Positions 25,401 through 39,300 of a DNA stretch of 64,000 nucleotides are shown piece by piece (within the stretch, counting starts at the first letter, position 1; each line of letters opens with the position of its first letter). The position numbers were made by a program, and so were the translations under genes. Source of the DNA: the human T2T-CHM13v2.0 reference genome, Homo sapiens; NCBI RefSeq assembly GCF_009914755.1, contig NC_060936.1; one strand, given 5' to 3'. The notes under the pieces are model-generated. The model saw only the letters and a list, made by a program, of their open reading frames with translations, searched no databases and was not told where the DNA came from.

Positions 25401-28400
25401 TCAAAAGAAAGGTTAAACTCTGTGAGCTGAACACACACATCAAAAAGAAGTTTCTGTGAATGATTCCGTCTAGATTTTATAAGAAGATGTTTCCTTTTCT
25501 ACCGTAGGCCTCAAAGCGCTTGAAATGTCCAGCTGCAAATTCCACAAAAAGGGTGTTTAACATCTGCTCTTCTAAAGGAAAGTTCAACTCTATGAGTTGA
25601 ATACACACAGCACAAAGAAGTTACTGAGACTTCTCCTATCAAACATTATATGAAGAAATCCCGTTTCCAAAGAAGGCCTCAAAGAGGTCCAAATATCTGC
25701 TTGCAGACTTTACAGACAGAGTTTTTCCAAACTGCTCCATCAAAAGAAAGGTTAAACTCCTTGAGTTGAACACACACATCACAAAGTAGTTTCTGTGAAT
25801 GATTCTGTCTAGTTTTTATACGAAGATGTTTCCTTTTCTACCTTTGGTCTCAATGCGATTGAAATCTCCACATGGAAACTCCACAAAAAGAGTGTTTCAA
25901 ATCTGCTCTTTCTGAAGGAAGGTTCAACTCTGTGAGTTGAATACACACACCACAAATAAGTTACTGAGAATTCTTCTGTGTAACATTATATGAGGAAATC
26001 CCGTTTCCAACGAAGGCCTCAAAGAGGTCCAAATATCCACTTGCAGACTTACAAAGACAGTGTCTCCAAACTCCTCCATCAAAAGAAAGGTTATACTCTG
26101 TGAATTGAACGCACACATCACAAAGTAGTTTCTGAGAATGATTCTGTCTAGTTTTTATACGAAGATATTTCCTTTTCTACATTTGGCCTGAAAGCGCTTG
26201 AAATCTCCACGTGCAAATATCACAAAAACAGGGTTTCACATCTGCTCTGTCTAAAGGACAGTTCACCTCTGTGAGTTGAATAGAGGCAACACAAAGAACT
26301 TACTCAGTATTCTTCTTTCTAGCGTTCTATGAAGAAATCCCTTTTCCAACGAAGGCCCCAAAGAGGTCCAAATATCTGCTTGCAGACTTTACAGACAGAG
26401 TGTTTCCAAACTACTCTATGAAAAGAAAGCTTAAACTCCTTGAGTTGAACGCACACATCACAAAGTAGTTTCTGAGAATGATTCTGTCTTGTTTTTATAC
26501 AAATGTATTTCCGTTTCTATGGCCTCAAAGCAATTGAAATCTCCAACTGGAAACTGCACAAATAGGGTGTTTCAAATCTGCTCTGTCTAAAGGAAGGTTC
26601 AACTCTGTGAGTTGAATACACACACCACAAATAAGTTGCTGAGAATTCTTCTGTCAAACATTACAGGAAGAAATCCCGTTTCCAACGAAGGCCTCAAAGA
26701 GGTCCAAATATCCACATGCAGACATTACAAACAGAGTGTTTCCAAACTGCTCCATCAAAAGAAAGGTTAAACTCTGTGAGCTGAACAGACACATCAAAAA
26801 GAAGTTTCTGTGAATGATTCTGTCTAGATTTTATAAGAAGATGTTTCCTTTTCTACCGTAGGCCTCAAAGCGCTTGAAATCTCCAGCTGCAAATTCCACA
26901 AAAAGGGTGTTTAACACCTGATCTTCTAAAGGAAAGTTCAACTCAATGAGTTGAATACACACAGCACAAAGAAGTTACTGAGACCTCTCCTATCAAACAT
27001 TATATGAAGAAATCCCGTTTCCAACGAAGGCCTCAAAGAGGTCCAAATATCTGTTTGCAGACTTTGCAGACAGAGTGTTTCCAAACTGCTCCATCAAAAG
27101 AAAGGTTAACCTCCTTGAGTTGAACACACACATCACAAAGTAGTTTCTGAGAATGATTCTGTCTAGTTTTTATACGAAGATGTTTCCTTTTCTACCTTTG
27201 GTCTCAAAGCGATTGAAATCTCCACATGGAAACTCCACAAAAAGAGTGTTTCAAATCTGCTCTGTCTAAAGGAAGGTTCAACTCTGTGAGTTGAATACAC
27301 ACACCACAAATAAGTTACTGAGAATTCTTCTGTGTAACATTATATGAGGAAATCCCGTTTCCAACGAAGGCCTCAAAGAGGTCCAAATATCCACTTGCAG
27401 ACTTTACAAAGACAGTGTCTCCAAACTCCTCCATCAAAAGAAAGGTTATACTCTGTGAATTGAACGCACACATCACAAAGTAGTTTCTGAGAATGATTCT
27501 GTCTAGTTTTTATACGAAGATATTTCCTTTTCTACATTTGGCCTAAAAGCGCTTGAAATCTCCACGTGGAAATATCACAAAAAGAGGGTTTCACATCTGC
27601 TCTGTCTAAAGGACAGTTCACCTCTGTGAGTTGAATAGAGGCAACACATAGAACTTACTCAATATTCTTCTTTCTAGCGTTATATGAAGAAATCCCGTTT
27701 CCAACGAAGGCCTCAAAGAGGTCCAAATATCTGCTTGCAGACTTTACAGACAGAGTGTTTCCAAACTACTCTATGAAAAGAAAGCTTAAACTCCTTGAGT
27801 TGAACGCACACATCACAAAGTAGTTTCTGAGAATGATTCTGTCTTGTTTTTATACAAAGTTATTTCTGTTTCTATGATTGGCCTCAAAGCGATTGAAATC
27901 TCCAACTGGAAACTGCACAAATAGGGTGTTTCAAATCTGCTCTGTCTAAAGGAAGGTTCAACTCTGTGAGTTGAATACACACACCACAAATAAGTTACTG
28001 AGAATTCTTCTGTCGAACATTACATGAAGAAATCCCGTTTCCAACGAAGGCCTCAAAGAGGTCCAAATATCCACTTGCAGACATTACAAACAGTGTGTTT
28101 CCAAACTACTCCATCAAAAGAAAGGTTAAACTCTGTGAGCTGAACACACACATCAAAAAGTAGTTTCTGTGAATGATTATGTCTAGATTTTATAAGAAGA
28201 TGTTTCCTTTTCTACCGTAGGCCTCAAAGCGCTTGAAATCTCCAGCTGCAAATTCCACAAAAAGGGTGTTTAACATCTGCTCTTCTAAAGGAAAGTTCAA
28301 CTCTATGAGTTGAATACACACAGCACAAAGAAGTTACTGAGACTTCTCCTATCAAACATTATATGAAGAAATCCCGTTTCCAACGAAGGCCTCAAAGAGG

Positions 28401-31400
28401 TCCAAATATCTGCTTGCAGACTTTACAGACAGAGTTTTTCCAAACTGCTCCATCAAAAGAAAGGTTAAACTCCTTGAGTTGAACACACACATCACAAAGT
28501 AGTTTCTGTGAATGATTCTGTCTAGTTTTTATACGAAGATGTTTCCTTTTCTACCTTTGGTCTCAAAGCGATTGAAATCTCCACATGGAAACTCCACAAA
28601 AAGAGTGTTTCAAATCTGCTCTTTCTGAAGGAAGGTTCAATTCAGTGAGTTGAATACACACACCACAAATAAGTTACTGAGAATTCTTCTGTGTAACATT
28701 ATATGAGGAAATCCCGTTTCCAACGAAGGCCTCAAAGAGGTCCAAATATCCACTTGCAGACTTTACAAAGACAGTGTCTCCAAACTCCTCCATCAAAAGA
28801 AAGGTTATACTCTGTGAATTGAACGCACACATCACAAAGTAGTTTCTGAGAATGATTCTGTCTAGTTTTTATACTAAGATATTTCCTTTTCTACATTTGG
28901 CCTAAAAGCGCTGAAATCTCCACCTGCAAATATCACAAAAAGAGGGTTTCACATCTGCTCTGTCTAAAGGACAGTTCACCTCTGTGAGTTGAATAGAGGC
29001 AACACAAAGAACTTACTCAGTATTCTTCTTTCTAGCATTACATGAAGAAATCCCGTTTCCAACGAAGGCATCAAAGAGGTCCAAATATCTCCTTGCAGAC
29101 TTTACAGACAGAGTGTTTCCAAACTACTATATGAAAAGAAAGCTTAAACTCCTTGAGTTGAACGCACACATCACAAAGTAGTTTCTGAGAATGATTCTGT
29201 CTTGTTTTTATACAAAGTTATTTCCGTTTATATGATTGGCCTCAAAGCGATTGAAATCTCCAACTGGAAACTGCACAAATAGGGTGTTTCAAATCTGCTC
29301 TGTCTAAAGGAAGGTTCAACTCTGTGAGTTGAATACACACACCACAAATAAGTTACTGAGAATTCTTCTGTCGAACATTACATGAAGAAATCCCGTATCC
29401 AATGAAGGCCTCAAAGAGGTCCAAATATCCACTTGCAGACATTACAAACAGAGTGTTTCCAAACTGCTCCATCAAAAGAAAGGTTAAACTCTGTGAGCTG
29501 AACACACACATCAAAAAGAAGTTTCTGTGAATGATTCTGTCTAGATTTTATAAGAAGATGTTTGCTTTTCTACCGTAGGCCTCAAAGCGCTTGAAATCTC
29601 CAGCTGCAAATTCCACAAAAAGGGTGTTTAACATCTGCTCTTCTAAAGGAAAGTTCAACTCTATGAGTTGAATACACACAGCACAAAGAAGTTACTGAGA
29701 CTTCTCCTATCAAACATTATATGAAGAAATCCCGTTTCCAACGAAGGCCTCAAAGAGGTCCAAATATCTGCTTGCCGACTTTACAGACAGACTGTTTCCA
29801 AACTGCTCCATCAAAAGAAAGGTTAACCTCCTTGAGTTGAACACACACATCACAAAGTAGTTTCTGTGAATGATTCTGTCTAGTTTTTATACGAAGATGT
29901 TTCCTTTTCTACCTTTGGTCTCAATGCGATTGAAATCTCCACATGGAAACTCCACAAAAAGAGTGTTTCAAATCTGCTCTGTCTAAAGGAAGGTTCAACT
30001 CTGTGAGTTGAATACACACACCACAATTAAGTTACTGAGAATTCTTCTGTGTAACATTATATGAGGAAATCCCGTTTCCAACGAAGGCCTCAAAGAGGTC
30101 CAAATATCCACTTGCAGACTTTACAAAGACAGTGTCTCCAAACTCCTCCATCAAAAGAAAGGTTATACTCTGTGAATTGAACGCACACATCACAAAGTAG
30201 TTTCTGAGAATGATTCTGTCTAGTTTTTATACGAAGATATTTCCTTTTCTACATTTGGCCAAAAAGCGCTTGAAATCTCCACGTGCAAATATCACAAAAA
30301 GAGGGTTTCACATCTGCTCTGTCTAAAGGACAGTTCACCTCTGTGAGTTGAATAGAGGCAACACAAAGAACTTACTCAGTATTCTTGTTTCTAGCGTTAT
30401 ATGAAGAAATCCCGTTTCCAACGAAGGCCTCAAAGAGGTCCAAATATCTGCTTGCAGACTTTACAGACAGAGTGTTTCCAAACTACTCTATGAAAAGAAA
30501 GCTTAAACTCCTTGAGTTGAACGCACACATCACAAAGTAGTTTCTGAGAATGATTCTGTCTTGTTTTTATACAAATGTATTTCCGTTTCTATGGCCTCAA
30601 AGCAATTGAAATCTCCAACTGGAAACTGCACAAATAGGGTGTTTCAAATCTGCTCTGTCTAAAGGAAGGTTCAACTCTGTGAGTTGAATACACACACCAC
30701 AAATAAGTTGCTGAGAATTCTTCTGTCAAACATTACAGGAAGAAATCCCGTTTCCAACGAAGGCCTCAAAGAGGTCCAAATATCCACATGCAGACATTAC
30801 AAACAGAGTGTTTCCAAACTGCTCCATCAAAAGAAAGGTTAAACTCTGTGAGCTGAACAGACACATCAAAAAGAAGTTTCTGTGAATGATTCTGTCTAGA
30901 TTTTATAAGAAGATGTTTCCTTTTCTACCGTAGGCCTCAAAGCGCTTGAAATCTCCAGCTGCAAATTCCACAAAAAGGGTGTTTAACATCTGGTCTTCTA
31001 AAGGAAAGTTCAACTCTATGAGTTGAATACACACAGCACAAAGAAGTTACTGAGACTTCTCCTATCAAACATTAAATGAAGCAATCCCGTTTCCAACGAA
31101 GGCCTCAAAGAGGTCCAAATATCTGCTTGCAGACTTTACAGACAGAGTGTTTCCAAACTGCTCCATCAAAAGAAAGGTTAACCTCCTTGAGTTGAACACA
31201 CACATCACAAAGTAGTTTCTGAGAATGATTCTGTCTAGTTTTTATACGAAGATGTTTCCTTTTCTACCTTTGGTCTCAAAGCGATTGAAATCTCCACATG
31301 GAAACTCCACAAAAAGAGTGTTTCAAATCTGCTCTGTCTAAAGGAAGGTTCAACTCTGTGAGTTGAATACACACACCACAAATAAGTTACTGAGAATTCT

Positions 31401-34400
31401 TCTGTGTAACATTATATGAGGAAATCCCGTTTCCAACGAAGGCCTCAAAGAGGTCCAAATATCCACTTGCAGACTTTACAAAGACAGTGTCCCCAAACTC
31501 CTTCATCAAAAGAAAGGTTATACTCTGTGAATTGAACGCACACATCACAAAGTGCTTTCTGAGAATGATTCTGTCTAGTTTTTATACAAAGATATTTCCT
31601 TTTCTACATTTGGCCTAAAAGCGCTTGAAATCTCCACCTGCAAATATCACAAAAAGAGGGTTTCACATCTGCTCTGTCTAAAGGACAGTTCACCTCTGTG
31701 AGTTGAATAGAGGCAACACAAAGAACTTACTCAGTATTCTTCTTTCTAGCGTTCTATGAAGAAATCCCGTTTCCAACGAAGGCCTCAAAGAGGTCCAAAT
31801 ATCTGCTTGCAGACTTTACAGACAGAGTGTTTCCAAACTACTCTATGAAAAGAAAGCTTAAACTCCTTGAGTTGAACGCACACATCACAAAGTAGTTTCT
31901 GAGAATGATTCTGTCTTGTTTTTATACAAAGTTATTTCTGTTTCTATGATTGGCCTCAAAGCGATTGAAATCTCCAACTGGAAACTGCACAAATAGGGTG
32001 TTTCAAATCTGCTCTGTCTAAAGGAAGGTTCAACTCTGTGAGTTGAATACACACACCACAAATAAGTTACTGAGAATTCTTCTGTCGAACATTACATGAA
32101 GAAATCCCGTTTCCAACGAAGGCCTCAAAAGGTCCAAATATCCACTTGCAGACATTACAAACAGAGTGTTTCCAAACTGCTCCATCAAAAGAAAGGTTAA
32201 ACTCTGTGAGCTGAACACACACATCAAAAAGAAGTTTCTGTGAATGATTCTGTCTAGATTTTATAAGAAGATGTTTCCTTTTCTACAGTAGGCCTCAAAG
32301 TGCTTGAAATCTCCAGCTGCAAATTCCACAAAAAGGGTGTTTAACACCTGATCTTCTAAAGGAAAGTTCAACTCAATGAGTTGAATACACACAGCACAAA
32401 GAAGTTACTGAGACCTCTCCTATCAAACATTATATGAAGAAATCCCGTTTCCAACGAAGGCCTCAAAGAGGTCCAAATATCTGTTTGCAGACTTTGCAGA
32501 CAGAGTGTTTCCAAACTGCTCCATCAAAAGAAAGGTTAACCTCCTTGAGTTGAACACACACATCACAAAGTAGTTTCTGAGAATGATTCTGTCTAGTTTT
32601 TATACGAAGATGTTTCCTTTTCTACCTTTGGTCTCAAAGCGATTGAAATCTCCACATGGAAACTCCACAAAAAGAGTGTTTCAAATCTGCTCTGTCTAAA
32701 GGAAGGTTCAACTCTGTGAGTTGAATACACACACCACAAATAAGTTACTGAGAATTCTTCTGTGTAACATTATATGAGGAAATCCCGTTTCCAACGAAGG
32801 CCTCAAAGAGGTCCAAATATCCACTTGCAGACTTTACAAAGACAGTGTCTCCAAACTCCTCCATCAAAAGAAAGGTTATACTCTGTGAATTGAACGCACA
32901 CATCACAAAGTAGTTTCTGAGAATGATTCTGTCTAGTTTTTATACGAAGATATTTCCTTTTCTACATTTGGCCTAAAAGCGCTTGAAATCTCCACCTGCA
33001 AATATCACAAAAAGAGGGTTTCACATCTGCTCTGTCTAAAGGACAGTTCACCTCTGTGAGTTGAATAGAGGCAACACAAAGAACTTACTCAGTATTCTTC
33101 TTTCTAGCATTATATGAAGAAATCCCGTTTCCAACGAAGGCCTCAAAGAGGTCCAAATATCTCCTTGCAGACTTTACAGACAGAGTGTTTCCAAACTACT
33201 CTATGAAAAGAAAGCTTAAACTCCTTGAGTTGAATGCACACATCACAAAGTAGTTTCTGAGAATGATTCTGTCTTGTTTTTATACAAAGTTATTTCCGTT
33301 TCTATGATTGGCCTCAAAGCGATTGAAATCTCCAACTGGAAACTGCACAAATAGGGTGTTTCAAATCTGCTCTGTCTAAAGGAAGGTTCAACTCTGTGAG
33401 TTGAATACACACACCACAAATAAGTTACTGAGAATTCTTCTGTCGAACATTACATGAAGAAATCCCGTTTCCAATGAAGGCCTCAAAGAGGTCAAAATAT
33501 CCACTTGCAGGCATTACAAACAGAGGGTTTCCAAACTGCTCCATCAAAAGAAAGGTTAAACTCTGTGAGCTGAACACACACATCAAAAAGAAGTTTCTGT
33601 GAATGATTCTGTCTAGATTTTATAAGAAGATGTTTCCTTTTCTACAGTAGGCCTCAAAGTGCTTGAAATCTCCAGCTGCAAATTCCACAAAAAGGGTGTT
33701 TAACACCTGATCTTCTAAAGGAAAGTTCAACTCAATGAGTTGAATACACACAGCACAAAGAAGTTACTGAGACCTCTCCTATCAAACATTATATGAAGAA
33801 ATCCCGTTTCCAACGAAGGCCTCAAAGAGGTCCAAATATCTGTTTGCAGACTTTGCAGACAGAGTGTTTCCAAACTGCTCCATCAAAAGAAAGGTTAACC
33901 TCCTTGAGTTGAACACACACATCACAAAGTAGTTTCTGAGAATGATTCTGTCTAGTTTTTATACGAAGATGTTTCCTTTTCTACCTTTGGTCTCAAAGCG
34001 ATTGAAATCTCCACATGGAAACTCCACAAAAAGAGTGTTTCAAATCTGCTCTGTCTAAAGGAAGGTTCAACTCTGTGAGTTGAATACACACACCACAAAT
34101 AAGTTACTGAGAATTCTTCTGTGTAACATTATATGAGGAAATCCCGTTTCCAACGAAGGCCTCAAAGAGGTCCAAATATCCACTTGCAGACTTTACAAAG
34201 ACAGTGTCTCCAAACTCCTCCATCAAAAGAAAGGTTATACTCTGTGAATTGAACGCACACATCACAAAGTAGTTTCTGAGAATGATTCTGTCTAGTTTTT
34301 ATACGAAGATATTTCCTTTTCTACATTTGGCCTAAAAGCGCTTGAAATCTCCACCTGCAAATATCACAAAAAGAGGGTTTCACATCTGCTCTGTCTAAAG

Positions 34401-35977
34401 GACAGTTCACCTCTGTGAGTTGAATAGAGGCAACACAAAGAACTTACTCAGTATTCTTCTTTCTAGCATTATATGAAGAAATCCCGTTTCCAACGAAGGC
34501 CTCAAAGAGGTCCAAATATCTCCTTGCAGACTTTACAGACAGAGTGTTTCCAAACTACTCTATGAAAAGAAAGCTTAAACTCCTTGAGTTGAACGCACAC
34601 ATCACAAAGTAGTTTCTGAGAATGATTCTGTCTTGTTTTTATACAAAGTTATTTCCGTTTCTATGATTGGCCTCAAAGCGATTGAAATCTCCAACTGGAA
34701 ACTGCACAAATAGGGTGTTTCAAATCTGCTCTGTCTAAAGGAAGGTTCAACTCTGTGAGTTGAATACACACACCACAAATAAGTTACTGAGAATTCTTCT
34801 GTCGAACATTACATGAAGAAATCCCGTTTCCAATGAAGGCCTCAAAGAGGTCAAAATATCCACTTGCAGGCATTACAAACAGAGGGTTTCCAAACTGCTC
34901 CATCAAAAGAAAGGTTAAACTCTGTGAGCTGAACACACACATCAAAAAGAAGTTTCTGTGAATGATTCTGTCTAGATTTTATAAGAAGATGTTTTCTTTT
35001 CTACCGTAGGCCTCAAAGTGCTTGAAATCTCCAGCTGCAAATTCCACAAAAAGGGTGTTTAACATCTGCTCTTCTAAAGGAAAGTTCAACTCTATGAGTT
35101 GAATACACACAGCACAAAGAAGTTACTGAGACTTCTCCTATCAAACATTATATGAAGAAATCCCGTTTCCAACGAAGGCCTCAAAGAGGTCCAAATATCT
35201 GCTTGCCGACTTTACAGACAGACTGTTTCCAAACTGCTCCATCAAAAGAAAGGTTAACCTCCTTGAGTTGAACACACACATCACAAAGTAGTTTCTGTGA
35301 ATGATTCTGTCTAGTTTTTATACGAAGATGTTTCCTTTTCTACCTTTGGTCTCAATGCGATTGAAATCTCCACATGGAAACTCCACAAAAAGAGTGTTTC
35401 AAATCTGCTCTGTCTAAAGGAAGGTTCAACTCTGTGAGTTGAATACACACACCACAAATAAGTTACTGAGAATTCTTCTGTGTAACATTATATGAGGAAA
35501 TCCCGTTTCCAACGAAGGCCTCAAAGAGGTCCAAATATCCACTTGCAGACTTTACAAAGACAGTGTCTCCAAACTCCTCCATCAAAAGAAAGGTTATACT
35601 CTGTGAATTGAACGCACACATCACAAAGTAGTTTCTGAGAATGATTCTGTCTAGTTTTTATACGAAGATATTTCCTTTTCTACATTTGGCCAAAAAGCGC
35701 TTGAAATCTCCACCTGCAAATATCACAAAAAGAGGGTTTCACATCTGCTCTGTCTAAAGGACAGTTCACCTCTGTGAGTTGAATAGAGGCAACACAAAGA
35801 ACTTACTCAGTATTCTTCTTTCTAGCGTTATATGAAGAAATCCCGTTTCCAACGAAGGTCTCAAAGAGGTCCAAATATCTCCTTGCAGACTTTACAGACA
35901 GAGTGTTTCCAAACTACTCTATGAAAAGAAAGCTTAAACTCCTTGAGTTGAACGCACACATCACAAAGTAGTTTCTG

Positions 35978-36317
35978 AGAATGATTCTGTCTTGTTTTTA
36001 TACAAAGTTATTTCCGTTTCTATGATTGGCCTCAAAGCGATTGAAATCTCCAACTGGAAACTGCACAAATAGGGTGTTTCAAATCTGCTCTGTCTAAAGG
36101 ACAGTTCACCTCTGTGAGTTGAATAGAGGCAACACAAAGAACTTACTCAGTATTCTTCTTTCTAGCATTATATGAAGAAATCCCGTTTCCAACGAAGGCC
36201 TCAAAGAGGTCCAAATATCTCCCTGCAGACTTTACAGACAGAGTGTTTCCAAACTACTCTATGAAAAGAAAGCTTAAACTCCTTGAGTTGAACGCACACA
36301 TCACAAAGTAGTTTCTG
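35978..36317 (-). repeat. Extra A/D hybrid dimer (340 bp), copy 1
   Basis: A-type start (CAACTGGAAACTGCACAAATAGGG) continues at ~36100 into D-type GGACAGTTCACC...GAATAGAGGC. A full A restarts at 36318. Confidence 0.88.
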
Positions 36318-39300
36318 AGAATGATTCTGTCTTGTTTTTATACAAAGTTATTTCCGTTTCTATGATTGGCCTCAAAGCGATTGAAATCTCCAACTGGAAA
36401 CTGCACAAATAGGGTGTTTCAAATCTGCTCTGTCTAAAGGAAGGTTCAACTCTGTGAGTTGAATACACACACCACAAATAAGTTACTGAGAATTCTTCTG
36501 TCGAACATTACATGAAGAAATCCCGTTTCCAATGAAGGCCTCAAAGAGGTCAAAATATCCACTTGCATTTATTACAAACAGAGGGTTTCCAAACTGCTCC
36601 ATCAAAAGAAAGGTTAAACTCTGTGAGCTGAACACACACATCAAAAAGAAGTTTCTGTGAATGATTCTGTCTAGATTTTATAAGAAGATGTTTCCTTTTC
36701 TACCGTAGGCCTCAAAGTGCTTGAAATCTCCAGCTGCAAATTCCACAAAAAGGGTGTTTAACACCTGATCTTCTAAAGGAAAGTTCAACTCAATGAGTTG
36801 AATACACACAGCACAAAGAAGTTACTGAGACCTCTCTTATCAAACATTATATGAAGAAATCCCGTTTCCAACGAAGGCCTCAAAGAGGTCCAAATATCTG
36901 TTTGCAGACTTTGCAGACAGACTGTTTCCAAACTGCTCCATCAAAAGAAAGGTTAACCTCCTTGAGTTGAACACACACATCACAAAGTAGTTTCTGAGAA
37001 TGATTCTGTCTAGTTTTTATACGAAGATGTTTCCTTTTCTACCTTTGGTCTCAAAGCGATTGAAATCTCCACATGGAAACTCCACAAAAAGAGTGTTTCA
37101 AATCTGCTCTGTCTAAAGGAAGGTTCAACTCTGTGAGTTGAATACACACACCACAAATAAGTTACTGAGAATTCTTCTGTGTAACATTATATGAGGAAAT
37201 CCCGTTTCCAACGAAGGCCTCAAAGAGGTCCAAATATCCACTTGCAGACTTTACAAAGACAGTGTCTCCAAACTCCTCCATCAAAAGAAAGGTTATACTC
37301 TGTGAATTGAACGCACACATCACAAAGTAGTTTCTGAGAATGATTCTGTCTAGTTTTTATACGAAGATATTTCCTTTTCTACATTTGGCCTAAAAGCGCT
37401 TGAAATCTCCACCTGCAAATATCACAAAAAGAGGGTTTCACATCTGCTCTGTCTAAAGGACAGTTCACCTCTGTGAGTTGAATAGAGGCAACACAAAGAA
37501 CTTACTCAGTATTCTTCTTTCTAGCATTATATGAAGAAATCCCGTTTCCAACGAAGGCCTCAAAGAGGTCCAAATATCTCCTTGCAGACTTTACAGACAG
37601 AGTGTTTCCAAACTACTCTATGAAAAGAAAGCTTAAACTCCTTGAGTTGAACGCACACATCACAAAGTAGTTTCTGAGAATGATTCTGTCTTGTTTTTAT
37701 ACAAAGTTATTTCCGTTTCTATGATTGGCCTCAAAGCGATTGAAATCTCCAACTGGAAAATGCACAAATAGGGTGTTTCAAATCTGCTCTGTCTAAAGGA
37801 AGGTTCAACTCTGTGAGTTGAATACACACACCACAAATAAGTTACTGAGAATTCTTCTGTCGAACATTACATGAAGAAATCCCGTTTCCAACGAAGGCCT
37901 CAAAAGGTCCAAATATCCACTTGCAGACATTACAAACAGAGTGTTTCCAAACTGCTCCATCAAAAGAAAGGTTAAACTCTGTGAGCTGAACACACACATC
38001 AAAAAGAAGTTTCTGTGAATGATTCTGTCTAGATTTTATAAGAAGATGTTTCCTTTTCTACAGTAGGCCTCAAAGTGCTTGAAATCTCCAGCTGCAAATT
38101 CCACAAAAAGGGTGTTTAACACCTGATCTTCTAAAGGAAAGTTCAACTCAATGAGTTGAATACACACAGCACAAAGAAGTTACTGAGACCTCTCCTATCA
38201 AACATTATATGAAGAAATCCCGTTTCCAACGAAGGCCTCAAAGAGGTCCAAATATCTGCTTGCAGACTTTGCAGACAGAGTGTTTCCAAACTGCTCCATC
38301 AAAAGAAAGGTTAACCTCCTTGAGTTGAACACACACATCACAAAGTAGTTTCTGAGAATGATTCTGTCTAGTTTTTATACGAAGATGTTTCCTTTTCTAC
38401 CTTTGGTCTCAAAGCGATTGAAATCTCCACATGGAAACTCCACAAAAAGAGTGTTTCAAATCTGCTCTGTCTAAAGGAAGGTTCAACTCTGTGAGTTGAA
38501 TACACACACCACAAATAAGTTACTGAGAATTCTTCTGTGTAACATTATATGAGGAAATCCCGTTTCCAACGAAGGCCTCAAAGAGGTCCAAATATCCACT
38601 TGCAGACTTTACAAAGACAGTGTCTCCAAACTCCTCCATCAAAAGAAAGGTTATACTCTGTGAATTGAACGCACACATCACAAAGTAGTTTCTGAGAATG
38701 ATTCTGTCTAGTTTTTATACGAAGATATTTCCTTTTCTACATTTGGCCTAAAAGCGCTTGAAATCTCCACCTGCAAATATCACAAAAAGAGGGTTTCACA
38801 TCTGCTCTGTCTAAAGGACAGTTCACCTCTGTGAGTTGAATAGAGGCAACACAAAGAACTTACTCAGTATTCTTCTTTCTAGCATTATATGAAGAAATCC
38901 CGTTTCCAACGAAGGCCTCAAAGAGGTCCAAATATCTCCTTGCAGACTTTACAGACAGAGTGTTTCCAAACTACTCTATGAAAAGAAAGCTTAAACTCCT
39001 TGAGTTGAACGCACACATCACAAAGTAGTTTCTGAGAATGATTCTGTCTTGTTTTTATACAAAGTTATTTCCGTTTCTATGATTGGCCTCAAAGCGATTG
39101 AAATCTCCAACTGGAAACTGCACAAATAGGGTGTTTCAAATCTGCTCTGTCTAAAGGAAGGTTCAACTCTGTGAGTTGAATACACACACCACAAATAAGT
39201 TACTGAGAATTCTTCTGTCGAACATTACATGAAGAAATCCCGTTTCCAATGAAGGCCTCAAAGAGGTCAAAATATCCACTTGCAGGCATTACAAACAGAG

